DNA of 64,000 nt from an uncultured delta proteobacterium (GTDB lineage: Bacteria; Myxococcota_A; Polyangia; Polyangiales; Polyangiaceae). Where the stretch lies: contig CAVQUB010000032.1 in the NCBI GenBank assembly GCA_963716725.1, positions 224,001 through 288,000 on the forward strand, in the 5' to 3' direction. Below the pieces are notes generated by a model. That model saw nothing but the letters and a program-made list of their open reading frames with translations, was not told where the DNA came from and searched no databases. The translations under genes and the position numbers were made by a program. Shown piece by piece: positions 41,366 through 51,608 of the stretch; the first letter of the stretch is position 1; each line of letters begins with the position of its first letter.

Positions 41366-42829
41366 ATGAGTCGGTTCGAACGTCTCTCCGCCCTCGATTG
41401 CGCGTTCCTCTACGCCGAGAGCCCGACGGCCCACATGCACGTCGGGTCCTTGCTCTTCTTCGAGGACAAGGGCGCCAGCGAGGCGGACTTTTCGGAGCAC
41501 ATCCGGAGCCGGCTCCACCACGTGCCGCGCTTTCGGAAGAAGGTGCGCTTCGTGCCCGGGGGGCTCCACCGGCCGGTGTGGGTGGACGACCCGCACTTCG
41601 ACCTGCGCTTCCACGTGCGCTGGACGGGCTTGCCGAAGCCGCGGGGCGAGCGCGAAGCCCTGGCGCTCATGGGGCGGGTCATGAGCCACCACCTCGACCG
41701 CCGCAAGCCGCTCTGGGAAATGTGGGTGTTCGATCTGGAAGACGGCCGGCGCGGCGTGATTCAGAAGACTCACCACTGCCTGATCGACGGCGCGAGTGGC
41801 GTCGATCTCGGCACGGTGCTCTTGGACTTCGCGGCTGACGCGCCGCCCGTCGCGGGTGAGCCCTGGACCCCGGATCCGGAGCCGACCGACGCTGAATTGA
41901 CGCGGGACGCCCTGCTCGACCTCCGGGGTCGCTCGCGGCAGCTCAAGGATGCTGCGCGTCGGGTGTGGGAGGATCCCGAAGCCCTCGGCAGCCTCGCGGA
42001 CAAGGCCCGCGACGTCCTTGACGGTATCAAGTCGTTTGGCCGATCCGCTGCCGAATTCATGCCCCGCACCAGCCTCAACGCCGAGCTTGGCGCTCACCGG
42101 CGCTTCCAGGTCGTTCGCCTCTCGCTCGCCGACGTGAAGCGCGTGCGGCAGCGCTTCGAGTGCACGGTCAACGACGTGGTGCTGGCGCTGGTGACCAGCG
42201 CTTTGCGCAAGCTCCTCTTGTCGCGAGGGGAGAGCGTCGAGGGCTTGACGATGAAGGCAATGGTGCCCGTGAGCGTTCGGGACGCCTCCCAGGCCCGAAC
42301 CTGGGGCAACAAGGTCAGCATGATCGCGGCCGAGCTGCCCGTGGGACTGCCGGATCCGAAACAACGACTGTTGGCTCTGCGCGATCGCATGGCGGATCTC
42401 AAGCGCTCACGTCAGGCCGTGGGCGCTGACTTTTGGGTACGCCTTGGCGAGTTCGCGCCGCCCACGTTGCTGTCCCTCGCAGGTCGCGCCGTCGCCATGC
42501 AGCGCATGGTGAACCTGGTGGTCACGAACGTGCCGGGCCCGCAGTTCCCGCTCTACCTGCGCGGCGCGCGCATGCTCGAGGCCTTTCCCTACGTTCCAGT
42601 GTTTGCGCAAAACCCGCTGGGTGTCGCCGTGCTCTCCTACGACGGCGCGCTGGGCTTTGGCCTCACCGGAGACTGGGACTCGGTCCCCGATCTCGAGGTC
42701 TTTGCCGCCGGTATCCCCGAGGCACTCGCGGATCTCGACGCCGACGCGCCGGCGGCTGCGTCAGGCGCCAAGCCGAAGCGCAGAGCCGCCGCCAAGAAGA
42801 AGCCCAGCGGCTCGACCGCCACGGGTTGA
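41366..42829 (+). CDS. Wax ester/triacylglycerol synthase (WS/DGAT)
   Basis: LSALDCAFL, HMHVG, PVWVDD, LDRRKPLWE, HHCLIDGASG and TNVPGP. Confidence 0.93.
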   Translation: MSRFERLSALDCAFLYAESPTAHMHVGSLLFFEDKGASEADFSEHIRSRLHHVPRFRKKVRFVPGGLHRPVWVDDPHFDLRFHVRWTGLPKPRGEREALALMGRVMSHHLDRRKPLWEMWVFDLEDGRRGVIQKTHHCLIDGASGVDLGTVLLDFAADAPPVAGEPWTPDPEPTDAELTRDALLDLRGRSRQLKDAARRVWEDPEALGSLADKARDVLDGIKSFGRSAAEFMPRTSLNAELGAHRRFQVVRLSLADVKRVRQRFECTVNDVVLALVTSALRKLLLSRGESVEGLTMKAMVPVSVRDASQARTWGNKVSMIAAELPVGLPDPKQRLLALRDRMADLKRSRQAVGADFWVRLGEFAPPTLLSLAGRAVAMQRMVNLVVTNVPGPQFPLYLRGARMLEAFPYVPVFAQNPLGVAVLSYDGALGFGLTGDWDSVPDLEVFAAGIPEALADLDADAPAAASGAKPKRRAAAKKKPSGSTATG

Positions 42830-43426
42830 TCAACCTGCCAGTGCGTCCTCGACGAAGTCGAGGCGGTCTTTACCGAAGAAGAGTTCGTTGCCGACCACCG
42901 AGACAGGCGCGCCGAAGACCCCACGCGCACGCGCGGCCTCGGTGGCGGCGCGTAGTGCGTCTTTCACCTCGGGGGAGCGGGAGCGGGCGAGCACGGCGGC
43001 GGCATCTTGGCCCAGCGAGGTCAGGATCTCGGCGAGCACACTCTCGTCCGCGATGTCCCGATCGTCGACCCAATAGGCGCGGAAGACCGCCTCGGCCCAA
43101 GCTCGATGCGAGAGCAACAGCTCGTCGCACAAAAGCGAAATGCGGAGCGCGCCGAGCGTGTTGATGGGAAAGCGCGAGGGGAAGCGGAGAGCGATGCCGT
43201 GTTTGGCGCTCCAGCGCTCGAGGTCGCGGAGGCTGGCGGCGGCCTTCTCCGGGGTGGACATGCCTGGCGTCATGGCTGCGCCAAGGAGCTTGAACAAACC
43301 GCCCAAGAAGAAGGGACGATAGTCGATGGTCGCGCCGCTGCGCCCAGCGATGGCCGGGAGCATGAGGGCTGCGAAGTAGGCGTTCGGGCTGGAGAAGTCG
43401 TAGTAAAATTCGACGGTTTTTTTCAT
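42830..43426 (-). CDS. DsbA/GST-kappa family 2-hydroxychromene-2-carboxylate isomerase-like protein
   Basis: FYYDFSSPNAY, YRPFFLGG, RGVFGAP and ELFFGKDRL. Confidence 0.88.
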   Translation of the reverse strand: MKKTVEFYYDFSSPNAYFAALMLPAIAGRSGATIDYRPFFLGGLFKLLGAAMTPGMSTPEKAAASLRDLERWSAKHGIALRFPSRFPINTLGALRISLLCDELLLSHRAWAEAVFRAYWVDDRDIADESVLAEILTSLGQDAAAVLARSRSPEVKDALRAATEAARARGVFGAPVSVVGNELFFGKDRLDFVEDALAG

Positions 43427-43447
43427 GTTCACGCTCGCCTCCACAGT

Positions 43448-45592
43448 TCACGCGCGGCCGCCAAGATTCTCAGCTTCGTCGACCATCACCAGATTGGCGG
43501 CGTCGCCCAGCGGGATGAAGCTGTCGGCCGCGGCTACTCGCGAGAATCGCACGTCGCCGCCCGCGTCGAGCACCGCCGCCGCCAGGGCCTCCGAGACGTT
43601 CCCGCTCTTCCGGCATTCGTCCACGACCAACAGTCGGCCACACTCCCGGGCGTGCTCGACGACCTCTCGCTCGGGCAGCGGTACCAGCCAGCGCAGGTCC
43701 AAGACCCGGGCCCTCGCTCCTGTTTCCCCCTCGAGACGGCGCGCGACACGAAGGCTCATCCAGAGTCCATTGCCGTAGGTCGCGATCACCAGATCGCAAG
43801 CCTCGGGGTGATAGACCCGTGGCTTGCCGAAGCTCGCGGCACCGGCCGGTGGCAGAGCGGCCCACTCGCCGTCGCCGTCGGCGTGAAGATCGCGCGTGTG
43901 GTAGAGCGCGATGGGTTCGACCACGACCACGACGCGTCGGGCCGTCTTCGCCAGCGCAAACGCCGTGCGGTAAAGCTCGAGCGCGTCATCTCCGCGAGCC
44001 GGAACCAAGACGACCAGCCCCGGAATGTCGCGCAGCACCGCGAGCGAGTTGTCGTTGTGGAAGTGGCCACCGAACCCCTTCTGATATCCGAGCCCGGCGA
44101 TACGCACCACCATCGGGTTGTCGTAGGCGCGATCAGAGAAGAACTGCATGGTCGCCGCTTCGCCCCGCAACTGGTCCTCTGCGTTGTGCAGGTACGCGAG
44201 GTACTGGATCTCGGGCACAGGCAGGAGGCCGAGCGTCGCGGTGCCCAGGGCGAGCCCAAGGATGGTTTGCTCGTCGAGCAGGGTGTTGAACACCCGCAGC
44301 GGGCCGAACTTGGCGAGCAGCCCCTTGGTCAGGCCGTAGACGCCGCCTTTCTTGGCGACGTCCTCGCCGAATACGAGCAACTCCGGGAGCCTGCTCATGG
44401 CCTCGCCCAACGCCAAGTTGATGCCCTGAGCCAAGGTGATGGGTGGCGCTTGGAGCGTGCCGGCCATGCCCGCGGCTTCGGCAGCCACTTCGGGGCCGAT
44501 CGGGCTCACCAGCGCAGCCACCACCTCGGCGCGGGTCGCCAGCTTCGGGCGCGTCGTTGCGGCGACAGCGGCCGCCCCCACGCGAGCGGCGCAGCGCTCT
44601 TGCAGGGCCAGGACCGCTGACCGATCGAGGGCGCCGGCGTCTACGAGATCCAGCGCCGCGAGCAGCACGGGGTCACGTCGTTCGGCCTCCTCGAGCTCGG
44701 AGGCGCTGCGGTAGGTCGTGTCCACGTCGCTGCCCGCGTGGCCCAAGAGCCGCACCGCGCCCAGGCGCAAGAGCGCCGCGCGCCGCGTTCGACGACAGTA
44801 TTCGATGGCGCCTCGGGCCGCCCGGAACGCGCCAGCGAGGTCCGAGCCGTCGGCGTCGAAGTACTCGACGTGCGGCTGCGCGCGGAGTCTCGTCTCTACC
44901 CATCCCTCCGGTGTGCGCACGCTGATGCCGAGCCCGTTGTCCTCGCAGACGAAGAGCAGCGGGACTGCCAGCTTCTGGTGCAGCGTCCAGCTCGTGGCGT
45001 TGAGGGTGCCGAGCGCCGTCGAATGGTTCAGACTCGCGTCGCCAAAGGTCACGACCGCGATGGCCGTGCGCGCGTTCGGAAGGGCGACGCCCAGGCGGGG
45101 CGCGCGCTCGAGCGCGAAGGCGAGGCCCAGCGCCCGGGGCAGCTGCGACGCAATGGTGCTGGTGCTCGGGATGATTCCTAGGGGCTTGCTGCCGAAGACC
45201 TTGTGCCGGCCGCCGCTGACCGGCTCTTCACTCGACGCCATCAGCGACAGCACGATGTCGCGGACTGGGTCGATGTCCGCCATGGGACGGGCGCGCTCGA
45301 TCTGTAGCGCCGCGCTGCGGTAGTGGACAATGGTCGGGTCGCTCGGCCCCGTCAGGCGACCGAGCACCACGTTCGCCTCGTGGCCCGTGCTGCAGATGGT
45401 GTAGTGACCCAGGCCGCGCGCCCGGAGCTCGTGGGCACACAGGTCGAGCTCGCGCGCGAGCAGCATCGACTCGAGGAGATCTCGCCCGACCTCGGGGGCG
45501 AGGTCCCAGTCCGGTCGCCGGGGTCGGGGGGTATGGTCCTTGACCTGATCGCGGAAGCGAGCGAGCAGGTGGCGAGCTCTTTCGAGCGACAT
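43448..45592 (-). CDS. Fused E1 alpha/beta 2-oxoacid (2-oxoisovalerate-type) dehydrogenase, TPP-dependent; possible 1-nt insertion near the C-terminus
   Basis: YTICSTGHE, GGRHKVFG, FGDASLNH, EDNGLGIS, GHAGSD, FGEDVAKKGGVY, EIQYLAY and GGHFHNDNS. Confidence 0.88.
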   Translation of the reverse strand: MSLERARHLLARFRDQVKDHTPRPRRPDWDLAPEVGRDLLESMLLARELDLCAHELRARGLGHYTICSTGHEANVVLGRLTGPSDPTIVHYRSAALQIERARPMADIDPVRDIVLSLMASSEEPVSGGRHKVFGSKPLGIIPSTSTIASQLPRALGLAFALERAPRLGVALPNARTAIAVVTFGDASLNHSTALGTLNATSWTLHQKLAVPLLFVCEDNGLGISVRTPEGWVETRLRAQPHVEYFDADGSDLAGAFRAARGAIEYCRRTRRAALLRLGAVRLLGHAGSDVDTTYRSASELEEAERRDPVLLAALDLVDAGALDRSAVLALQERCAARVGAAAVAATTRPKLATRAEVVAALVSPIGPEVAAEAAGMAGTLQAPPITLAQGINLALGEAMSRLPELLVFGEDVAKKGGVYGLTKGLLAKFGPLRVFNTLLDEQTILGLALGTATLGLLPVPEIQYLAYLHNAEDQLRGEAATMQFFSDRAYDNPMVVRIAGLGYQKGFGGHFHNDNSLAVLRDIPGLVVLVPARGDDALELYRTAFALAKTARRVVVVVEPIALYHTRDLHADGDGEWAALPPAGAASFGKPRVYHPEACDLVIATYGNGLWMSLRVARRLEGETGARARVLDLRWLVPLPEREVVEHARECGRLLVVDECRKSGNVSEALAAAVLDAGGDVRFSRVAAADSFIPLGDAANLVMVDEAENLGGRA

Positions 45593-45685
45593 GGGGCAGC
45601 GAGCCTAGTTCGGCAGGTAGGACCTCCGCAATCGCGCCGGCTTTGCGCGGAGTCCCGTCGGGGCGCTACCCTCCGAGATGGCGCG

Positions 45686-47566
45686 ATGGCTTCCGACCGA
45701 TCGGGACAGGGTGCGGGCAGCGAGCCACCGCTTCGCATGACGGCTCCCGACGAGCCTACCCAGGTCGACGTCCGACTGCGGCCGGAGGGGGAGCTGAACC
45801 GGGGCGCAGCCGACCCGACGGAGACGGGCACGACGAAGAGCGACGGCACCGTGTCCGGGAGCGGTGTGACCAGCTCGACGGGTTTCGGGCTGACGCGGGG
45901 CGGCGCTGCGAGCGGTGTCACCACGGCCTCGCCGCTGATCCTCCGAAGTGAGGAGCACGCTCGAGCCATCGCGCTCTTCCGACTGGTGCTCATCGCGGCG
46001 CTGGCCGCCATGATAGCGGTGTGGCTTCCGGCGCGCGTGTCGCCCGGTCGCTGGCTCGCCACCGTCGTGACCGGGGTCACCGCAGCCGTCACCACCTGGC
46101 TTCTGATCGAGTTCCGAGAGGCGGAGCGTTTCAGTGAAAAGAAGCTCTTGCTTCAGGGCCTGTGCTGCGTGGCCTCGATCCTCGCCGTCGTCTACTACGT
46201 CGGGATCTTCTCGCCGCCGATCATCGCGATGTACATCGGCATCTACTTCTTTGGCGTCGGTGACTCGCAGCGCTCGGGTTGGGCGATCTACCTCAGCGGG
46301 GCCATCGGCTATCTCCTGCTCTGCGCGGGCGCGATGGCCGGCCTCCTGCCCACCGATCAGTCCGTGATGGCGCTGCGTGAGCCTGAACTTCCGAGCATGT
46401 TCGCCGTCGCCATGGTCTGTCAGGTGCTCTTCGTGGCGACCTTCTGGATGGCACGACGGAGTCGGCAGGCCACCTTGGCGGCGTTCGACCGCCTGGAACG
46501 GGCGACGCGTCAGATCAAGAAGCGCGAAGCGCTACTGAACGAGGCTCGTGCCGAATTCGACCAAGAACGCGCGGCGAAGCAGGGGCGTTTCAGCGACCAA
46601 CAAGTGGGAAGATACGCCATCGGCGAGGTCATCGGTCGCGGCGCCATGGGCGAGGTGTACCGCGGATGGGAGATCGGGTCGGAGCGCGCCGTCGCGGTCA
46701 AGTTCTTGAGCCCGGCGTTGACCGAAGACGCCGCGGCGGTCGAACGCTTCTTCCGCGAGTCGGACATCGCCGCGCGGGTGGACTCGAAGCACATCGTCAG
46801 AGTACTGGATCGCGGGGTGGCCGAAGGCGGCTCGCCCTTCCTGGTCATGGAGCTGCTCGAGGGCGCCGACCTGGCGCAGATCCTCCGGGAGCGTCGCCGG
46901 TTGGGCATGGCGGAGGCCCTCGAGCTGGTCCAGCAAGTGGGGCAAGCGCTCGCGGCCGCCGACGAGAGCGGCATCGTGCATCGTGATCTCAAGCCACAGA
47001 ATCTCTTCCGCGTGCAAGCCGCCGGGAGGGCCACCTGGAAGGTGCTCGATTTTGGCGTCTCCAAGGTGAAAGACGCCGCCAAAGATCTGACCCAGGGAGC
47101 AGCGGTGGGCACACCCAGCTACATGTCCCCGGAGCAAGCGCGCGGGGCACCGGTCGACCACCGCGCCGACGTGTTTGCGCTGGGCATCGTGGCCTATCGA
47201 GTGCTCACGGGCAAACCCGCGTTCACCGGGCCCGACAGCGCGAGCACGCTGTACAACGTGGCGCACGTCCAGCCAGCTCGCCCGGCGGATCTGGCGAAGC
47301 TCGGAGAAGACGTGGAACGCGCGCTGGCCCTGGCGCTGGCCAAGGAGCGCGACCGGCGCTTTTCGTCGTCCCTGATGTTCGCGGCGGCGCTCGTCGATGC
47401 GGCGAAGAGCCGGCTGGACGAGCGCATTCGGCGCGACGCGGACGCCTTGCTCGAATCGCAGCCCTGGGGATCGGACGTTTTGCAAGCCCTGAAGGCCGAG
47501 AACAAGCGCTGGCGATTCGGCGAATCCAAGCCGAGAACGAGCATCAAGCCCCCGCCAGCTGCCTGA
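45686..47566 (+). CDS. Membrane Ser/Thr protein kinase (TM region N-terminal, kinase C-terminal)
   Basis: IGRGAMGEVY, VAVK, HRDLKPQN, DFG, GTPSYMSPEQ and DVFALG. Confidence 0.93.
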   Translation: MASDRSGQGAGSEPPLRMTAPDEPTQVDVRLRPEGELNRGAADPTETGTTKSDGTVSGSGVTSSTGFGLTRGGAASGVTTASPLILRSEEHARAIALFRLVLIAALAAMIAVWLPARVSPGRWLATVVTGVTAAVTTWLLIEFREAERFSEKKLLLQGLCCVASILAVVYYVGIFSPPIIAMYIGIYFFGVGDSQRSGWAIYLSGAIGYLLLCAGAMAGLLPTDQSVMALREPELPSMFAVAMVCQVLFVATFWMARRSRQATLAAFDRLERATRQIKKREALLNEARAEFDQERAAKQGRFSDQQVGRYAIGEVIGRGAMGEVYRGWEIGSERAVAVKFLSPALTEDAAAVERFFRESDIAARVDSKHIVRVLDRGVAEGGSPFLVMELLEGADLAQILRERRRLGMAEALELVQQVGQALAAADESGIVHRDLKPQNLFRVQAAGRATWKVLDFGVSKVKDAAKDLTQGAAVGTPSYMSPEQARGAPVDHRADVFALGIVAYRVLTGKPAFTGPDSASTLYNVAHVQPARPADLAKLGEDVERALALALAKERDRRFSSSLMFAAALVDAAKSRLDERIRRDADALLESQPWGSDVLQALKAENKRWRFGESKPRTSIKPPPAA

Positions 47567-47575
47567 GCGGCACCC

Positions 47576-49510
<1,935 letters not shown>

Positions 49511-49515
49511 GCCGC

Positions 49516-49525
49516 GAAGGTAGCA
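49516..49525 (-). promoter_or_regulatory. Extended -10 box TGCTACCTTC; TACCTT lies 6 nt before the selB GTG (leaderless candidate)
   Basis: Reverse complement of gaaggtagca; the identical 10-mer precedes selC. Confidence 0.55.
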
Positions 49526-49563
49526 ACGCTGGCGCCGAGCCGGTAGGCTGGATGTAGGGCCGC

Positions 49564-49680
49564 GTGACCGACGCGGGCCTGTGCTTCGAGGTCGACACGA
49601 CCGAGCCGTGAGGCGCCTGCGCGCTGTGGTGCGGGAGCGTTGCTGCCGAGTGAGCTGGGTCCCGCGCGCTGTGGTCGTAG
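49564..49680 (+). CDS. Candidate 38-aa selenopeptide ORF with two in-frame UGA codons (MTDAGLCFEVDTTEPUGACALWCGSVAAEUAGSRALWS)
   Basis: The first 24 sense codons all end in G/C. UGA at 49609 and 49651, each followed by GCGCGCTGTGGT and a GGU-loop hairpin. UxxC motif. TAGGCT -10-like box at 49544-49549. Confidence 0.4.
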
Positions 49681-49747
49681 CCTGCGTGTCCCGGCGCGGA
49701 GCCGCAGCCAGGTCTCGCGACACCGATCGCTCAACTTGCACAAAACC

Positions 49748-49757
49748 TGCTACCTTC
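49748..49757 (+). promoter_or_regulatory. Extended -10 box TGCTACCTTC; TACCTT lies 7 nt before the tRNA-Sec 5' G
   Basis: Read directly from the sequence; same 10-mer as upstream of selB. Confidence 0.55.
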
Positions 49758-49763
49758 CCCCTC

Positions 49764-49860
49764 GGAAGCGCTCGGTACGCTGGCGCGGCCCTCGGTCTTC
49801 AAAACCGATGGGGCCTCGGTGAACCCGGGGTCCGGTGGGTTCGATTCCCATGCGCTTCCG
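49764..49860 (+). tRNA. selC: tRNA-Sec (anticodon UCA); CCA not encoded
   Basis: 8-bp acceptor GGAAGCGC/GCGCTTCC, anticodon arm TCGGT-CTTCAAA-ACCGA, long variable arm GGGCCTCGG/CCGGGGTCC, T arm GTGGG-TTCGATT-CCCAT; next to selB. Confidence 0.96.
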
Positions 49861-49862
49861 CT

Positions 49863-51602
49863 GTGTCGAGCGTCGCCGACGTGCTCTTTGTTCACCCCGA
49901 GGGCCACTTGAACGACTACGTCGTCCCGGTGGGGGCGCTGGGGTGCATGAATGCGATCCGCGCGACCAAGCTGGGGCGCTTTGCCTTCGAAGTGCGCGAC
50001 GACGAGATCCGCCGGGCGCGGGTCATCGCCTTCGACCTGCACTGGGCCGTCGGACTCCCGGGGTTCTCGAGGCTGGTGCGCCACGTGCGTGTCACGAATC
50101 CGAGCGCGACCCTGGTCGCCGGCGGGATCAGCGCTGGCCTGTGGGCGCCGCGGCTGCTCGACGAGCTGCCCCTCGATTTCGTGATTCGCGGGGACTCGGA
50201 GATCGCATTCACCAAGCTGACCGACGCCGTGCTCTCGGGGCGAGATCCGTCGCGGATCGCCAACGTCGTCTCACGCGATGTGCGCGAACCCGTGTTGAGT
50301 CGGATGACCCACGCCGATCTCGATGCGGTCGACTCGGTCAGCGCGCAGTGGTTCCCGACCTTCCAGCGCGCGGCGCAGATAGAGACCGAAGCGCTCTCGC
50401 ACGCCTGCACCATCTCGGTGACCCGCGGCTGCGCCATGCGTTGTCGCTCGTGTTACGGATCCTTCGGGCAGAGCTTTGGTCCCGGCCAGCTGATCCGAGC
50501 CCCCGAGAGCGTCGTGCGCTCCGTGGCGGCAGCTCGCGAGTCGGGCGCGCCGCGGCTCCGCTTGTTCCTCGGCAAGCCTTCGCCGGCCCGACTCTCGGCG
50601 CTCTGCCGCGCGCTGGCGGACGCGGGCCCGCACCACTTCGAGAGCGAGGTGGGGCTGTTCTGCTGCACGCCGCCATCGGTAGAGGACGCGGCGTGCCTGG
50701 AGGCCGCGTTTCCTCGCGCGGTGGCCATTTCCGCGACGCATCCCGCCGAGCACGAGCCGGCACTGTCGAGGGAGCAGGTCGCGAGCGAGTGGGGCGCGTG
50801 GCGCGAGCTCGGCGCAGAGGTCAGTCGGAGCTCGGTGCTGTCCCTGGATTTCTGGAGCCATGACCCCGAGCTCGTGGCGGAGGCAGCGCGCGAGCTGCCG
50901 ACCGCGGGAAATGCGCGGGCGGCCTGGGCTGGCGCTTGGGAGCTCACCCGACCCACCGACGCGACGGCGCCCGCGGACTTCGAAATCGTGAGCGAGGCGG
51001 TCACGCCGCTGTGGACGAGCGCCGCGGCGAGACTGCTCTCCCCGGCGCTGGAGGAGCTACTTAGACCCTACGGCTGGCTTGATGATCTCGCCGAGGATCC
51101 CGACTCCTTGCCACTTCCGTCCGGTCCGCTCGGGCGGGCCGCCGCCGAGCTTCGAGCTCGGTGGCAGCGACACCGGCTGCCCGCGTTCCCCGGGTTCGAA
51201 CTCGCGGTGGTGCTGCTGCCTCGGAGCGCGGTGCGCGATATTGACAAAGGCATCGCGCGGGTCGACGACGCGAGCCTGAGCAGCGCGCCACCAATCTGGC
51301 TCGCGCGTTCCCACCGTCACGACGGTCTCGAGTTCGTCGCGCAGGTCGAGATCCAGCCGGAGCATCAGGTGGCGAGTCTCGTGGCCAACGCCTCGCCCGG
51401 GCTCGCGCTCGACGGCGACTGGCTCAGCGCCATCGCCGAGCGGGGCCTGCTGAGCCTCGAGCTTCGAGACCGAAGGGGGCTGGCGACGGTGCGCATCTTC
51501 GTAACGAACCACCAGGCGCGCTGGACCATCGACGCGGATGACGGAACGTGGTCCGAAGCCGCCGAGCGCAGTTCCGGGTTCTTCCGCTCCCTGGCGCCTT
51601 GA
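49863..51602 (+). CDS. Cobalamin-binding domain / radical SAM protein
   Basis: B12-binding-type AFDLHW...LVAGGISA...DFVIRGDSE; VTRG followed by CAMRCRSC (CxxxCxxC); divergent C-terminal half. Confidence 0.78.
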   Translation: MSSVADVLFVHPEGHLNDYVVPVGALGCMNAIRATKLGRFAFEVRDDEIRRARVIAFDLHWAVGLPGFSRLVRHVRVTNPSATLVAGGISAGLWAPRLLDELPLDFVIRGDSEIAFTKLTDAVLSGRDPSRIANVVSRDVREPVLSRMTHADLDAVDSVSAQWFPTFQRAAQIETEALSHACTISVTRGCAMRCRSCYGSFGQSFGPGQLIRAPESVVRSVAAARESGAPRLRLFLGKPSPARLSALCRALADAGPHHFESEVGLFCCTPPSVEDAACLEAAFPRAVAISATHPAEHEPALSREQVASEWGAWRELGAEVSRSSVLSLDFWSHDPELVAEAARELPTAGNARAAWAGAWELTRPTDATAPADFEIVSEAVTPLWTSAAARLLSPALEELLRPYGWLDDLAEDPDSLPLPSGPLGRAAAELRARWQRHRLPAFPGFELAVVLLPRSAVRDIDKGIARVDDASLSSAPPIWLARSHRHDGLEFVAQVEIQPEHQVASLVANASPGLALDGDWLSAIAERGLLSLELRDRRGLATVRIFVTNHQARWTIDADDGTWSEAAERSSGFFRSLAP

Positions 51603-51608
51603 CTGGGT

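Noticed and set aside
41356..41400. Sec readthrough of the Cys-rich protein's C-UGA end
   Set aside because: No convincing SECIS-like hairpin at the right distance, and the next gene starts 4 nt later in another frame.
42830..43426. DsbA-like gene as a selenoprotein
   Set aside because: The active-site region is FSSPNAY with no in-frame UGA.
49581..49862. N-terminal extensions of the radical SAM ORF (from 49581) and selB (to 49741)
   Set aside because: The radical SAM extension runs through tRNA-Sec and both are Arg-rich with no motifs; starts at 49863 and 49510 fit better.
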